A DNA stretch of 64,000 nt from an uncultured delta proteobacterium (lineage in GTDB: Bacteria; Desulfobacterota; Binatia; UBA9968). Below the pieces are notes generated by a model. It searched no databases and was not told where the DNA came from. It saw only the letters and a program-made list of their open reading frames with translations. Made by a program: the position numbers and the translations under genes. The DNA lies in assembly GCA_963745835.1 (NCBI GenBank), contig CAVUZH010000019.1, positions 160,001 to 224,000 on the forward strand, in the 5' to 3' direction. Numbering within the stretch: position 1 is the stretch's first letter; each line of letters begins with the position of its first letter. Positions 31,530 to 40,119 of this stretch are shown here, one piece after another.

Positions 31530-32258
31530 TCAATCGATACGATGAACCGCGTCTTGCGGAAGAGAAGCGAGCAAGGTCTTGAGCGCCCCATCAAGGTAGT
31601 CCGAGTCTTTGGATTCCAACGTGACTTTTACCTTGTAGTCCGGCAGATCTAGAACGGGGTAGGAGCCAAGAAGCAGATGGGGGAACTTCGCCAGTAAATC
31701 GTTGAGTGCGGAGGCGATGACACCTTCGCCGTATCTGACAAAAACATTTTTAAGAAAATAAGGCGCACCGCGAAAGCGTTCTTTGATGGCATCAAAGCGC
31801 TCCTGAAGAATCCGCGGGATGCCGGGAAAAATATAAACATTGTGGATATTGATGACCGGGGCAAAGAGCGCTTCGGTGGCCAAAAGCACGGCGCCTTCTG
31901 GAACATTGGCCATTCTCAAGCGCGCCTCGTTAACGTCCCCGCCCAGGCGTTGGCGCATCCGGTTCTCTATTTCCGGATGCCGGACGACCGGCACAGAGAA
32001 CCCTCGGGCTATCCCTTCGATGGTGACATCGTCATGGGTCGGGCCTATGCCGCCGGTGGTGAAAACGAAATCGAATCGTTTTGAAAAATACGCCGCTTCC
32101 TCACCGATGAGATCGATCTCGTCCTGAATCGTGGAAATTTTTTGAACCTCGACGCCAAGCCGTCGGAGCTCAACGCACAAAAAATGAGAATTTGTGTCGT
32201 GGGTCTTGCCCGAAAGAACCTCATTGCCGATGATGATGATGCCGGCGGTTTTCGACAT
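31530..32258 (-). CDS. CinA-like molybdopterin-binding domain protein (competence/damage-inducible protein A family)
   Basis: IIIGNEVLSG...DTNS, TTGGIGPTHDDVT, IFPGIP, LGSYP. Confidence 0.88.
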   Translation of the reverse strand: MSKTAGIIIIGNEVLSGKTHDTNSHFLCVELRRLGVEVQKISTIQDEIDLIGEEAAYFSKRFDFVFTTGGIGPTHDDVTIEGIARGFSVPVVRHPEIENRMRQRLGGDVNEARLRMANVPEGAVLLATEALFAPVINIHNVYIFPGIPRILQERFDAIKERFRGAPYFLKNVFVRYGEGVIASALNDLLAKFPHLLLGSYPVLDLPDYKVKVTLESKDSDYLDGALKTLLASLPQDAVHRID

Positions 32259-32300
32259 GACTAATCTTCTTTCTTAAGCGCGCCTGACGGGCAAGATCGA

Positions 32301-32474
32301 TCAAAGATCGAATTCGCTGCAGCTCATGAAAAAATGACAATGGGAATTCGAGCAAAGGTAACGGCACTTTTGATTGAACATCCTCGAACCACAAATCGGA
32401 CAACATTCCCACCAGCTTTGCGGCGTCTTGTCATCATCGTGAGCTGATTCTAATCGATGGGTAGAAGGTTCCAT
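32301..32474 (-). CDS. Small CPxCG-type zinc-finger protein (57 aa, absent from the ORF track)
   Basis: Manual translation MEPSTHRLESAHDDDKTPQSWWECCPICGSRMFNQKCRYLCSNSHCHFFMSCSEFDL. Confidence 0.7.
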   Translation of the reverse strand: MEPSTHRLESAHDDDKTPQSWWECCPICGSRMFNQKCRYLCSNSHCHFFMSCSEFDL

Positions 32475-32723
32475 GACGACAATATAGCAACAAACGAGTA
32501 GTGGAGAAAAGCTTTATCGTGGACACTCATCTGTCTGCATCCGCATATTGTTGCTCGATCGAAGATCGGCTGCCGAGTTTGCTAACTGGATGTTGATTCT
32601 AACCGGCACAATCACGATCGCCGCCACTTACCGACGTTGGACATTGCCGCGACCGCATAATATATTTTCTACGCTCCTCTGATCGGAAGAGAACCGCAAG
32701 CTGCGCGATGCCTTGAAGTCAAT

Positions 32724-33029
32724 ATGAATCAGGGTCCCCCCCAAACTCTTGAAGACTATAAGGCCGAGCGACGTCGTCAGCGCTGGGCTTATTTTCTGAT
32801 GCCGTTCTTTACCGTTGGTTCGATCGTTATCTCGGTGGCAATGCTGATGTTCTTTGGAAAGGCTTGCCAGGATCGAATACCCGCCGACGCTCCCCTGCGC
32901 ACCTCACCCCTGTTCAAGCAGTACCATCAGCCGCAAAAGCAACAGGGCGGCCTTGACGATCCCAGCAGGGCGCCTGACTCATTTCCAGCGGAGAACCGCC
33001 TACCCGCTCCCGCAGAAAAGAGCCAATAG
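32724..33029 (+). CDS. Small hypothetical single-pass membrane protein
   Basis: One hydrophobic helix (WAYFLMPFFTVGSIVISVAMLMFFG) after a basic N-terminus. Confidence 0.6.
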   Translation: MNQGPPQTLEDYKAERRRQRWAYFLMPFFTVGSIVISVAMLMFFGKACQDRIPADAPLRTSPLFKQYHQPQKQQGGLDDPSRAPDSFPAENRLPAPAEKSQ

Positions 33030-33138
33030 ATCTCTGGCATCAATGACTGTTAAGTGGAGATGTCCGGAGCGCCGCATGTGGGAGCCTGGCTCACAGCGCC
33101 ATCGTTCCTGATATTGCCGGCTGTCTGCGCGTTCGGCC

Positions 33139-34917
33139 TCAATCCTGCTGAACTCCGAACCGGCGAGCAAACAGATAATAGCTCACCGCGACGCTCACCA
33201 AGATCGCCGTCCAGATCACACTGAATGCCGCCAGCTCGCCTACCTGACCATTTTCCCACAGCTCGTAAATAGCGACTGACACCACCGGTGTCTGCGGGCT
33301 TACCAAAAGAATCGACATGGAGAGTTCTTTGGCTGAAAGCAAGAAGACGAATACCCATCCGCCGAGAAACGACGGCATAATCAGCGGCAAGGTGATCCGG
33401 CGCATGCAGTTAAGCCATGAGGCGCCGGAAACATACGAGGCTTCTTCCAGTTCCTTGTGCAACTGCAGCAAACCTGAATGCGTATAGCGGATGCCGTAAG
33501 GGATGTACCTGGTAACGAACGCGAGCAATAGGATCCATAGAGTACCATAGATAGGTATCGGCACATTCAGATAAAACCGCATGATCGCCAACCCCATGAC
33601 GATCCCGGGAAAAAGTAGCGGCAGTGTCGTTAACAGGTCCAACAGCCAACGCCCGCGCAGCTTGCTCCGAACCAGTATCCACGATGCCAATGTCGTCAGC
33701 ACCATCACTACAGTCGCGCTCGCCAAGCCTAACAAAATGCTGTTCTTGATCGAGGCGGTGATTTTCGGGAAGTGAAGCGCCAGAATGTAATTCTTCAGGG
33801 TAAATTTTGAGATCGCCTCAAGTGATGGCTGGATATAGAACGGCAGCAGAGAAGCCCAGAGAATAATCAGAAATGGCAGCACCAGCAGGACGAACGCATA
33901 GAACAGCAACCCGGCAGCGCTAAGATAGCGCCAGCGGCCGAGCCGGATTAGCGCCGGTCGATAACCCTTTCCCGTTACCGTGTGGAATCGATCACCGTCC
34001 CGGGTAACTCGAAAATAAACATACAAAGTCGCCGCGACCACCACCATGAGCAGAACGGCGAAAGCACCGGCATTACCGTACTGCGGCGGCAGTCGTTGCG
34101 CATCCTGATAGATCGAAGTTGTGAGCACACGAATATCACCGGGAAGTCCGACCAAAGCCGGAATTTCAAACGATTCGAACGCGCGAATAAAGATCAGCAG
34201 GAGCACCGAAAAAAACGCCGGCAGCATCAAGCGCAGTGAGATTCGCCGCAAAGTCTGCCAAACCCTGGCGCCACAGGCAGCCGAGGCCTCCTCCAGCGAT
34301 GGGTCCATTGACCGAAAAGAAGCCGCCAGCATGAGGAATACGAACGGCGACCAAAGCAATGCTTCAATGAAGATCATCCCTGCCATCGAGTAAACGTTGA
34401 TCACCGGCGTGTTCTGATTGAACAGAATCTTCAACCAGTGATTGACCGGACCGGCTTTGCCGAGCAGCAAGATCCAGCCAATCGTGTACAGGATGAACGG
34501 CGTTCCAAAGGAGGCGAACGCGGTAAAGTAGCCGAGCCCGCGCAGCGGCGTGTCGGTGCGGGTAACCACCCACGCAACCATGCCGCCGATCAGCGTCGCC
34601 AATAACGCGCTGCCAATAGAAAAATAAATCGTATTAAGGAACGGCCCCAGCACCCGCAACTCGCGCAGCAGCTCTTCATAGTAGCGCAAAGTGAACTGAT
34701 CCAGTTCGCCGGTAAAAGTGGTTGTAAACAGGCTGGTCTGGATAACCGAGTAAAGCGGCGGCAGTACCAGATAGGCGGTGATCAACGTGACGACGATCAT
34801 CACCCAAGACTCGATCCCGAAGCGCGAGCCCATGCTCAATGGGAAAACCCGGCGGCGCGCCGGCACGGTTGCGGATTGCGCAGACAGATTAATGTCGGTT
34901 GATTGTTGCCGGTTCAT
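33139..34917 (-). CDS. ABC transporter permease, FbpB-type
   Basis: MDPSLEEASAACGA, TVTGKGYRP, ELEEASYVSGA; paralogue of 10655-12406. Confidence 0.92.
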   Translation of the reverse strand: MNRQQSTDINLSAQSATVPARRRVFPLSMGSRFGIESWVMIVVTLITAYLVLPPLYSVIQTSLFTTTFTGELDQFTLRYYEELLRELRVLGPFLNTIYFSIGSALLATLIGGMVAWVVTRTDTPLRGLGYFTAFASFGTPFILYTIGWILLLGKAGPVNHWLKILFNQNTPVINVYSMAGMIFIEALLWSPFVFLMLAASFRSMDPSLEEASAACGARVWQTLRRISLRLMLPAFFSVLLLIFIRAFESFEIPALVGLPGDIRVLTTSIYQDAQRLPPQYGNAGAFAVLLMVVVAATLYVYFRVTRDGDRFHTVTGKGYRPALIRLGRWRYLSAAGLLFYAFVLLVLPFLIILWASLLPFYIQPSLEAISKFTLKNYILALHFPKITASIKNSILLGLASATVVMVLTTLASWILVRSKLRGRWLLDLLTTLPLLFPGIVMGLAIMRFYLNVPIPIYGTLWILLLAFVTRYIPYGIRYTHSGLLQLHKELEEASYVSGASWLNCMRRITLPLIMPSFLGGWVFVFLLSAKELSMSILLVSPQTPVVSVAIYELWENGQVGELAAFSVIWTAILVSVAVSYYLFARRFGVQQD

Positions 34918-35099
34918 GCGCGACAAAATACCTCGCTTCGAAGCTAGTCTCCGCCACAATCGAAAGTCAAGATGAATCGACGCAGATTACCCGGTTCCGG
35001 TGTTTTGACAATGTGTATTGATTAAGGGAACCTGGACGAGCTAAGGCACAGAACGAACAAGGTCATCATATCAGCCTACCAGCGAACCGAGGCAGCATA

Positions 35100-35253
35100 C
35101 TAACAGTTTACTAAAAACTCTGTATGCAGGGTGCTCAAAAGATATCAGAGGGAAAACGCGTGAAGCTCGATGAGCTGAGGCGTACGCTTCAGTACGTTGA
35201 AGCGAGTCGGGCGAGCGCAACGAACCCTATGAGTCTTTTCAGCAGCCTGTTAA
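35100..35253 (-). mobile_element. MITE-like repeat, copy 3 (inverted relative to copy 1)
   Basis: Reverse complement TAACAGGCTGCTGAAAAGACTCATAGGGTTCGTTGCGCTCGCCCGACTCGCTTCAACGTACTGAAGCGTACGCCTCAGCTCATCG... aligns with 13436-13590. Confidence 0.82.
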
Positions 35254-36347
35254 TTCATGAATTGCTTCTGAAAATAATCCACCCAGTCATTGCCTTTCTC
35301 GAACTGAGCTTCCGGGGTGATGTAGAGCGCTTTGTTGAAACGGCCGCCGCCCGGCTTTAGGTCCGGTTGTTTTGCCGGAACCTTGGGGTGGGACGGCAAA
35401 TAGTTGACCTGTTGAAATACCTTTTGTCCTCGTTCGGACAGGATAAAATCCAGGAAAAGCATCGATGCATGCGGGTGCGGCGCTCGTGAGGCGAGGGCAA
35501 TGGTATTGAGGGTTGCGGTGGCAGGCTCTAACGCCTGCCAATCCACCGGCGCTCCGGCGGTTTTGCTGATGTGAGCATGATGATTGAAAATATGCAGCGC
35601 GATCGGATACTCGCCAGCGATCACCAGGTCCAGTAGCTGTCGATTGCTGGCCGTGCTCTTGGCTATATTCTGCGCCTTTAATTTTTGCAGGTACGCCTTG
35701 CCGCCGCTATCTCCCATAGATTGCAGAACGTTGCCGATAAACATCGGCGCGCCGGAACCGCGGCTGGTAGACCACATCATCTGGCCTTTCCAACGCGGGT
35801 TGAGAAGATCTTCATAGGTTTTCGGCACCTCATTGGGCTTGACCAAACGGGTGTTGTAGCCGAGTGCAAAAAAGTAAACGTTGGTCGATGCCCAATTGCC
35901 TTGCGGGTCTCTTGTTTCCGCCGAATGCTCGGCCAGATAAGGTGAATGGAAACGCTGTAAGAAGTTGGCTCGCCGTATCATCGCTGCCGTCACCGTTCCA
36001 TCAAGCAAATCTACGTCGTAACGCTTGGCCTGGTACTCGCTAAACATCCTTTGGACGATCCGTTCGGAATTGGCGCGGAAGAACTCGACCTGAATGAAAG
36101 GGTACTCTTTCTCGAATGCTGCTGTAACCGGACGCACCACCTGATCGACGATCAGCGAAGTATACCAGGAAATTTTTCCTTCTTTCTTCGCTCCTTCGAC
36201 AAGAATCTTCTGCCGATCGGGCTTGTTGAGCAGGGCAATCTCTTCCACCGACGCGGCGCGCGCGCTCGGTAGTGTAACGGCTGCGAACGTAATCCCCAGA
36301 AAAAGGGTCGACACCAACAACTTGCTTGAGAGACGCGGATCGATCAT
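35250..36347 (-). CDS. ABC transporter substrate-binding protein (Fe3+-like cluster)
   Basis: Signal peptide; GAKKEG.ISWYTS, YNTRLV....VPKTYEDLLNPRWKG, APHPHA.MLF.DF. Confidence 0.88.
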   Translation of the reverse strand: MIDPRLSSKLLVSTLFLGITFAAVTLPSARAASVEEIALLNKPDRQKILVEGAKKEGKISWYTSLIVDQVVRPVTAAFEKEYPFIQVEFFRANSERIVQRMFSEYQAKRYDVDLLDGTVTAAMIRRANFLQRFHSPYLAEHSAETRDPQGNWASTNVYFFALGYNTRLVKPNEVPKTYEDLLNPRWKGQMMWSTSRGSGAPMFIGNVLQSMGDSGGKAYLQKLKAQNIAKSTASNRQLLDLVIAGEYPIALHIFNHHAHISKTAGAPVDWQALEPATATLNTIALASRAPHPHASMLFLDFILSERGQKVFQQVNYLPSHPKVPAKQPDLKPGGGRFNKALYITPEAQFEKGNDWVDYFQKQFMN

Positions 36348-36380
36348 CTTTACACCTCCTGCGAATGAGAGCGACGCGTT

Positions 36381-37397
36381 TTACTTGAGAATGTCTTTTA
36401 GCTTGGCCACCACGTCCGGTTCGGCTCCATAGATTTCCAGCACTGTCTTCTCGAGATCTTCCCCGCTGAGCGGGCTTAAGTCGAGCTTTGACTTGGTGGC
36501 GTCGGCGATGAATTCCGGATCCTTCATCGTATCCATAAATGCCCTGCGCAGAAGAGCGATCCGATCCTTGGGAGTGTCAGGCGGGAGGACGTAGGGCCGG
36601 GCCACGGGATTATAGTTGTGCATGCCCAGGTGAATCACCTTTCGGTCGAGCTCCGTTTTGGCATAGTCGATCACCCGGCGCACGTTGGGAAGTTCCGGAT
36701 GCGGCTTTGCAATCGCTTGAAGAATCATGAGCACTTCGCCGGCGTCTACTTCCTTGCGCCAGGTTGATTTAAACGACTCCCAGGCGCTCGTGAGGCCGTC
36801 AATCTCGCCGCTGTTGAACGCCAAACGAACCTCCGCCGTGCCTTTGTAGCCGGAGACTACCTGAATCGGAGCGTTGATCGTCGCTATGGCGATTTTCGTG
36901 AGATCGTCGGTGGCAGAGCCGGCGCCGACGCCGCCGAACTTCACCATGGTTCTCGACGCCAGCCACTTGTCGGCATTTGTGATGCCTGATCTCTTTGACA
37001 CCGCGAGCATCTGACTGTCCTGTGCCGGCGCTCCGATATAGCCGAATTTTTTGCCGTCAAATTCGACGCCCGGCTTGCCTAAAACCTGTTGCAGGAACAA
37101 ACCGCCGAGAAAATGACCGATGGTGAGACCGTCAGGCTTGGCAACTTTGTATACGTGATTGGCTGCGATAAGACTTCCCGCTCCGACCATGTTTTCCACT
37201 ACAACGGCAGGGTTTCCAGGAATATGCTTGCCGTAGTGGCGCGCCACCGTGCGCGTATAGACGTCATAGCCACCGCCGGCTGAAAGACCTACGATGATAC
37301 GGATGGTTTTGCCCTTGTAGAACTGTTCTTGAGCCGACGCCTGCCCGGTCGACCACAAGCAAGCGAGCAAGCACAGAAGAAGACGTGTTCCAGGCAT
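36381..37397 (-). CDS. Bug/TctC family substrate-binding protein
   Basis: FYKGKTIRIIVG.SAGGGYD, ENMVGAGS, KPDGLTIG, GYKGT, RPYVLPP. Confidence 0.9.
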   Translation of the reverse strand: MPGTRLLLCLLACLWSTGQASAQEQFYKGKTIRIIVGLSAGGGYDVYTRTVARHYGKHIPGNPAVVVENMVGAGSLIAANHVYKVAKPDGLTIGHFLGGLFLQQVLGKPGVEFDGKKFGYIGAPAQDSQMLAVSKRSGITNADKWLASRTMVKFGGVGAGSATDDLTKIAIATINAPIQVVSGYKGTAEVRLAFNSGEIDGLTSAWESFKSTWRKEVDAGEVLMILQAIAKPHPELPNVRRVIDYAKTELDRKVIHLGMHNYNPVARPYVLPPDTPKDRIALLRRAFMDTMKDPEFIADATKSKLDLSPLSGEDLEKTVLEIYGAEPDVVAKLKDILK

Positions 37398-37502
37398 TGC
37401 CCAGTCCTCCTCATTCCTCAGGTTAGATTCTCAACATACTTGCCAATTCGTTACCTGATTGTCTTGCGGCATCGATGATTTGCCGGTACCACGATCTCAC
37501 CC

Positions 37503-37607
37503 GGTTCAATCGCTTCGCTATTCAGCCGTTCAATCGTTCTACGTCAGATCTCCGGAGCTCTGTCTTTGAATAGCGCGAACGCGGTTGAATTTTTGAACCG
37601 TTGAACG
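37503..37607. repeat. Short-period palindromic (REP-like) repeat built from GTTCAA/TTGAAC units
   Basis: GGTTCAATCGCTTCGCTATTCAGCCGTTCAATCGTTC...TTTGAATAGCGCGAACGCGGTTGAATTTTTGAACCGTTGAACG; the arms are complementary. Confidence 0.6.
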
Positions 37608-37640
37608 ATGCCCTCATCTAGCGACAGAAATCCTTGGAGA

Positions 37641-37669
37641 GCTGTAGTTGAAACCAAAAAAGCTGTCAA
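37641..37669 (-). promoter_or_regulatory. Possible sigma70 promoter for the TctC/SBP genes
   Basis: Minus strand TTGACA-17 nt-TACAGC. Confidence 0.45.
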
Positions 37670-37992
37670 GCTATGAGCACAGCGCCGAAATCGGAAAAAT
37701 GATTGGCTCGATTCGAGTCACTGGATAGGGGGATCATCTCTGAGAGGTGCAGCATCGTTGAGCATCGAACGATGAGCTGCTCTGCCAGTAGGTATCGCCG
37801 GGCGCGCTCACTATTAGTTTAGACGTTGTTACCCGGTTTTAGGCCGATGAAGTTATCCGCGAAGCAGACAATACAATCTTTGGCGGGAATCGTCAGGAAA
37901 TGGTTTGTCGACCGAGCCGCAACTATCTTGGTCGATCGTTTATACCAAGGACAGTCGCTCGGTCGAGTCTTTCACTGTCGTATGCCGACCGG

Positions 37993-39003
37993 TCACTTCT
38001 GCGCATAGAGTTTCTTTATGAAACCGCTCTTGTCCAGCTCGGCCATGAGGCTCGGGTCCATGAACTCCTCCGGTTTGCGACTGCGAATCTCCGGCCTGGT
38101 TTGCGCGACATAGTCGTAGGTGGCTTCGAGCCCGTTCATGATCGGATAAGGCACGGATATGAAATCCTGCCGAAATATTTCGTAGGAGCCTTCTAGAAGT
38201 TCCTGATCGTTGGTGCGCAGATATTTACCAAGAACTTTCATGCTGAAGTCCTTGTGTGTTTTAAAGTAGGCTATCGCTTCGACATGGGACCTGAGCATGC
38301 GCATCACTGTATCACGGTCGTCTTGTAGAGTTTTCCGCCGGGTGACGACTGACATCGACGGGTAGACCACCTCTTTTCTGGCGTCCCAAAGGACGTGATA
38401 GCCCAGCCGCAGCGCCTGGGCATCAATCGGATACGACAGGTCTGCGGCATCTGCCCGGCCCGACGACAGCGCCTGAAGCCGCTCCTGCGGCGTGCCGATG
38501 GACAGCCAGATGACGTCGCGCATCGGATCCATACCGTTCTTCCGGATGATGTACTTAAAAAGAAAATCGCCGAGGGATCCTATGCTTGAGGTCCCGATCC
38601 TTTTTCCTTTGATATCCTCGGGCCGTTTGATTTCCTGCTTCACGAGCAGTTTGCTCTGGACTCCCGGGACGGTATGAGCGATGTTCACCAGATCAGCACC
38701 TGCGAGATTGGCCAGCATCACTTGCGGAACGGCAACCGGCGCGGCAAAGAGGCTGCCGCCGAGAATCGCGCTCGACGTCTGGCCTGACCCTTTGACTAGA
38801 ACCAACTCGACATCGAGTCCATGCTTCTCATAAATCTTCGCGTCTTTGGCGATCCACGGAATCCAATTGGATGCGGACAAGGACGTGACTCCCCAGCTGA
38901 TCTTTTTCAGTTGCTTATCTTGCGCCTCGAGCGAACCTATCCCGCCAAGCGCGATTGTCAGGAGCGCGATTGAAAATATTTTTCCTGCCGATATCTTCGC
39001 CAT
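37993..39003 (-). CDS. NMT1/SsuA/TauA-type substrate-binding protein
   Basis: Signal peptide; WIAKD..IYEKHGLDVELV, IKRPEDIKGKRIG, ERLQAL.SG..DAA. Confidence 0.87.
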   Translation of the reverse strand: MAKISAGKIFSIALLTIALGGIGSLEAQDKQLKKISWGVTSLSASNWIPWIAKDAKIYEKHGLDVELVLVKGSGQTSSAILGGSLFAAPVAVPQVMLANLAGADLVNIAHTVPGVQSKLLVKQEIKRPEDIKGKRIGTSSIGSLGDFLFKYIIRKNGMDPMRDVIWLSIGTPQERLQALSSGRADAADLSYPIDAQALRLGYHVLWDARKEVVYPSMSVVTRRKTLQDDRDTVMRMLRSHVEAIAYFKTHKDFSMKVLGKYLRTNDQELLEGSYEIFRQDFISVPYPIMNGLEATYDYVAQTRPEIRSRKPEEFMDPSLMAELDKSGFIKKLYAQK

Positions 39004-39044
39004 GCTTCACAACCTCCGAATTTAGCGCTCCAGTTCGCCTTTAT

Positions 39045-40115
39045 TTAGCGCCGCGCCGCAAACTGTTTGCTAAAACCGCTTTCTTCTATCTTTTTGAGGA
39101 AACTATGATCGTAGAACTCCTCAGGATTCGCGTTCAGCGCCTTGGGATTGCGCGTTGCTAAAAACTGCAGGACCGCCTTAATCCCGGCATTACTCGCATA
39201 GGGCATCACCGGCATCATATCGACATAGTAATCGTAGCCTTCTTCGGCCCGGGATCGATCGCTGATGCGCATGTACTTCATGATTCCCGCGACCGTTTTT
39301 TCTTTTTGCGTGCGAAAAAAATGCAACGATTCGATGTAGCCTTTTAGAAATCCTTCCAGCGCGGCTGGATGAGCCTTGATGTAGGATCCAATGCCGGCGA
39401 TGGAGGTTCCCGAATACTCGATATCGGTTTTGCGCAGGTCGGACAGTTCACGGAAGCCTTGCTGCTTGGCGACAGTGCTGTATGGCGGCGGCAAAACCGT
39501 TCCCGCCACAACGCTGCGCACCAAAGCATTGAAACGCCCCTGCTGGCTATCCGCGACCGAAATGAAAACGACATCTTTATCGGGCACCAGTCCGTGGCTT
39601 TGCAGGTACAAACGCAACGCCGTATCCGCCGATGCGCCGGTTCGAGTCCCGGTGACGATCTTGCCCTTGAGGTCCTGCGGAGTCTTGACGTCAGGAGCGA
39701 CCATAACCGAGTAGTCCAGTTTATTCGATTGGACGGCAAACATGGTGATATCGATGCCGCCGATGCGCGCGCCAATCGTCGCGGTGGAACCCGCCGCCAG
39801 AAGCTGCACCGAATTCGATGTAAGCGCGGCAATCGAATTCATGCCGCCGCCAAAGTAAATTGGTTCCAGATCGATGCCGTATTTTCCAAACAACCCGTGC
39901 TGAGCGCCGATCGGTATCACGCTCGAGTTTACCGAGATCGAACCCAGAGCGACGCGCACTTTCTCCCGCTGCTGGGCATCGACGAGATTGGGAAACCACC
40001 ATAGTGAGAGCACTATCGAGATAATAAAATGGCGCCGCAGAGCGATAATGGCTCTCCTTCGGACAAGAGAATTTGAAATTATGTTGCTATGGAGTCTCAA
40101 CCGCATGACCTTCAT
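39045..40115 (-). CDS. NMT1/SsuA/TauA-type substrate-binding protein
   Basis: GLFGKYGID.E, VKTPQDLKGK, GL.PDKDV, FLKGYIE; start chosen after the GAGGAG at the end of acs. Confidence 0.85.
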   Translation of the reverse strand: MKVMRLRLHSNIISNSLVRRRAIIALRRHFIISIVLSLWWFPNLVDAQQREKVRVALGSISVNSSVIPIGAQHGLFGKYGIDLEPIYFGGGMNSIAALTSNSVQLLAAGSTATIGARIGGIDITMFAVQSNKLDYSVMVAPDVKTPQDLKGKIVTGTRTGASADTALRLYLQSHGLVPDKDVVFISVADSQQGRFNALVRSVVAGTVLPPPYSTVAKQQGFRELSDLRKTDIEYSGTSIAGIGSYIKAHPAALEGFLKGYIESLHFFRTQKEKTVAGIMKYMRISDRSRAEEGYDYYVDMMPVMPYASNAGIKAVLQFLATRNPKALNANPEEFYDHSFLKKIEESGFSKQFAARR

Positions 40116-40119
40116 TAAC

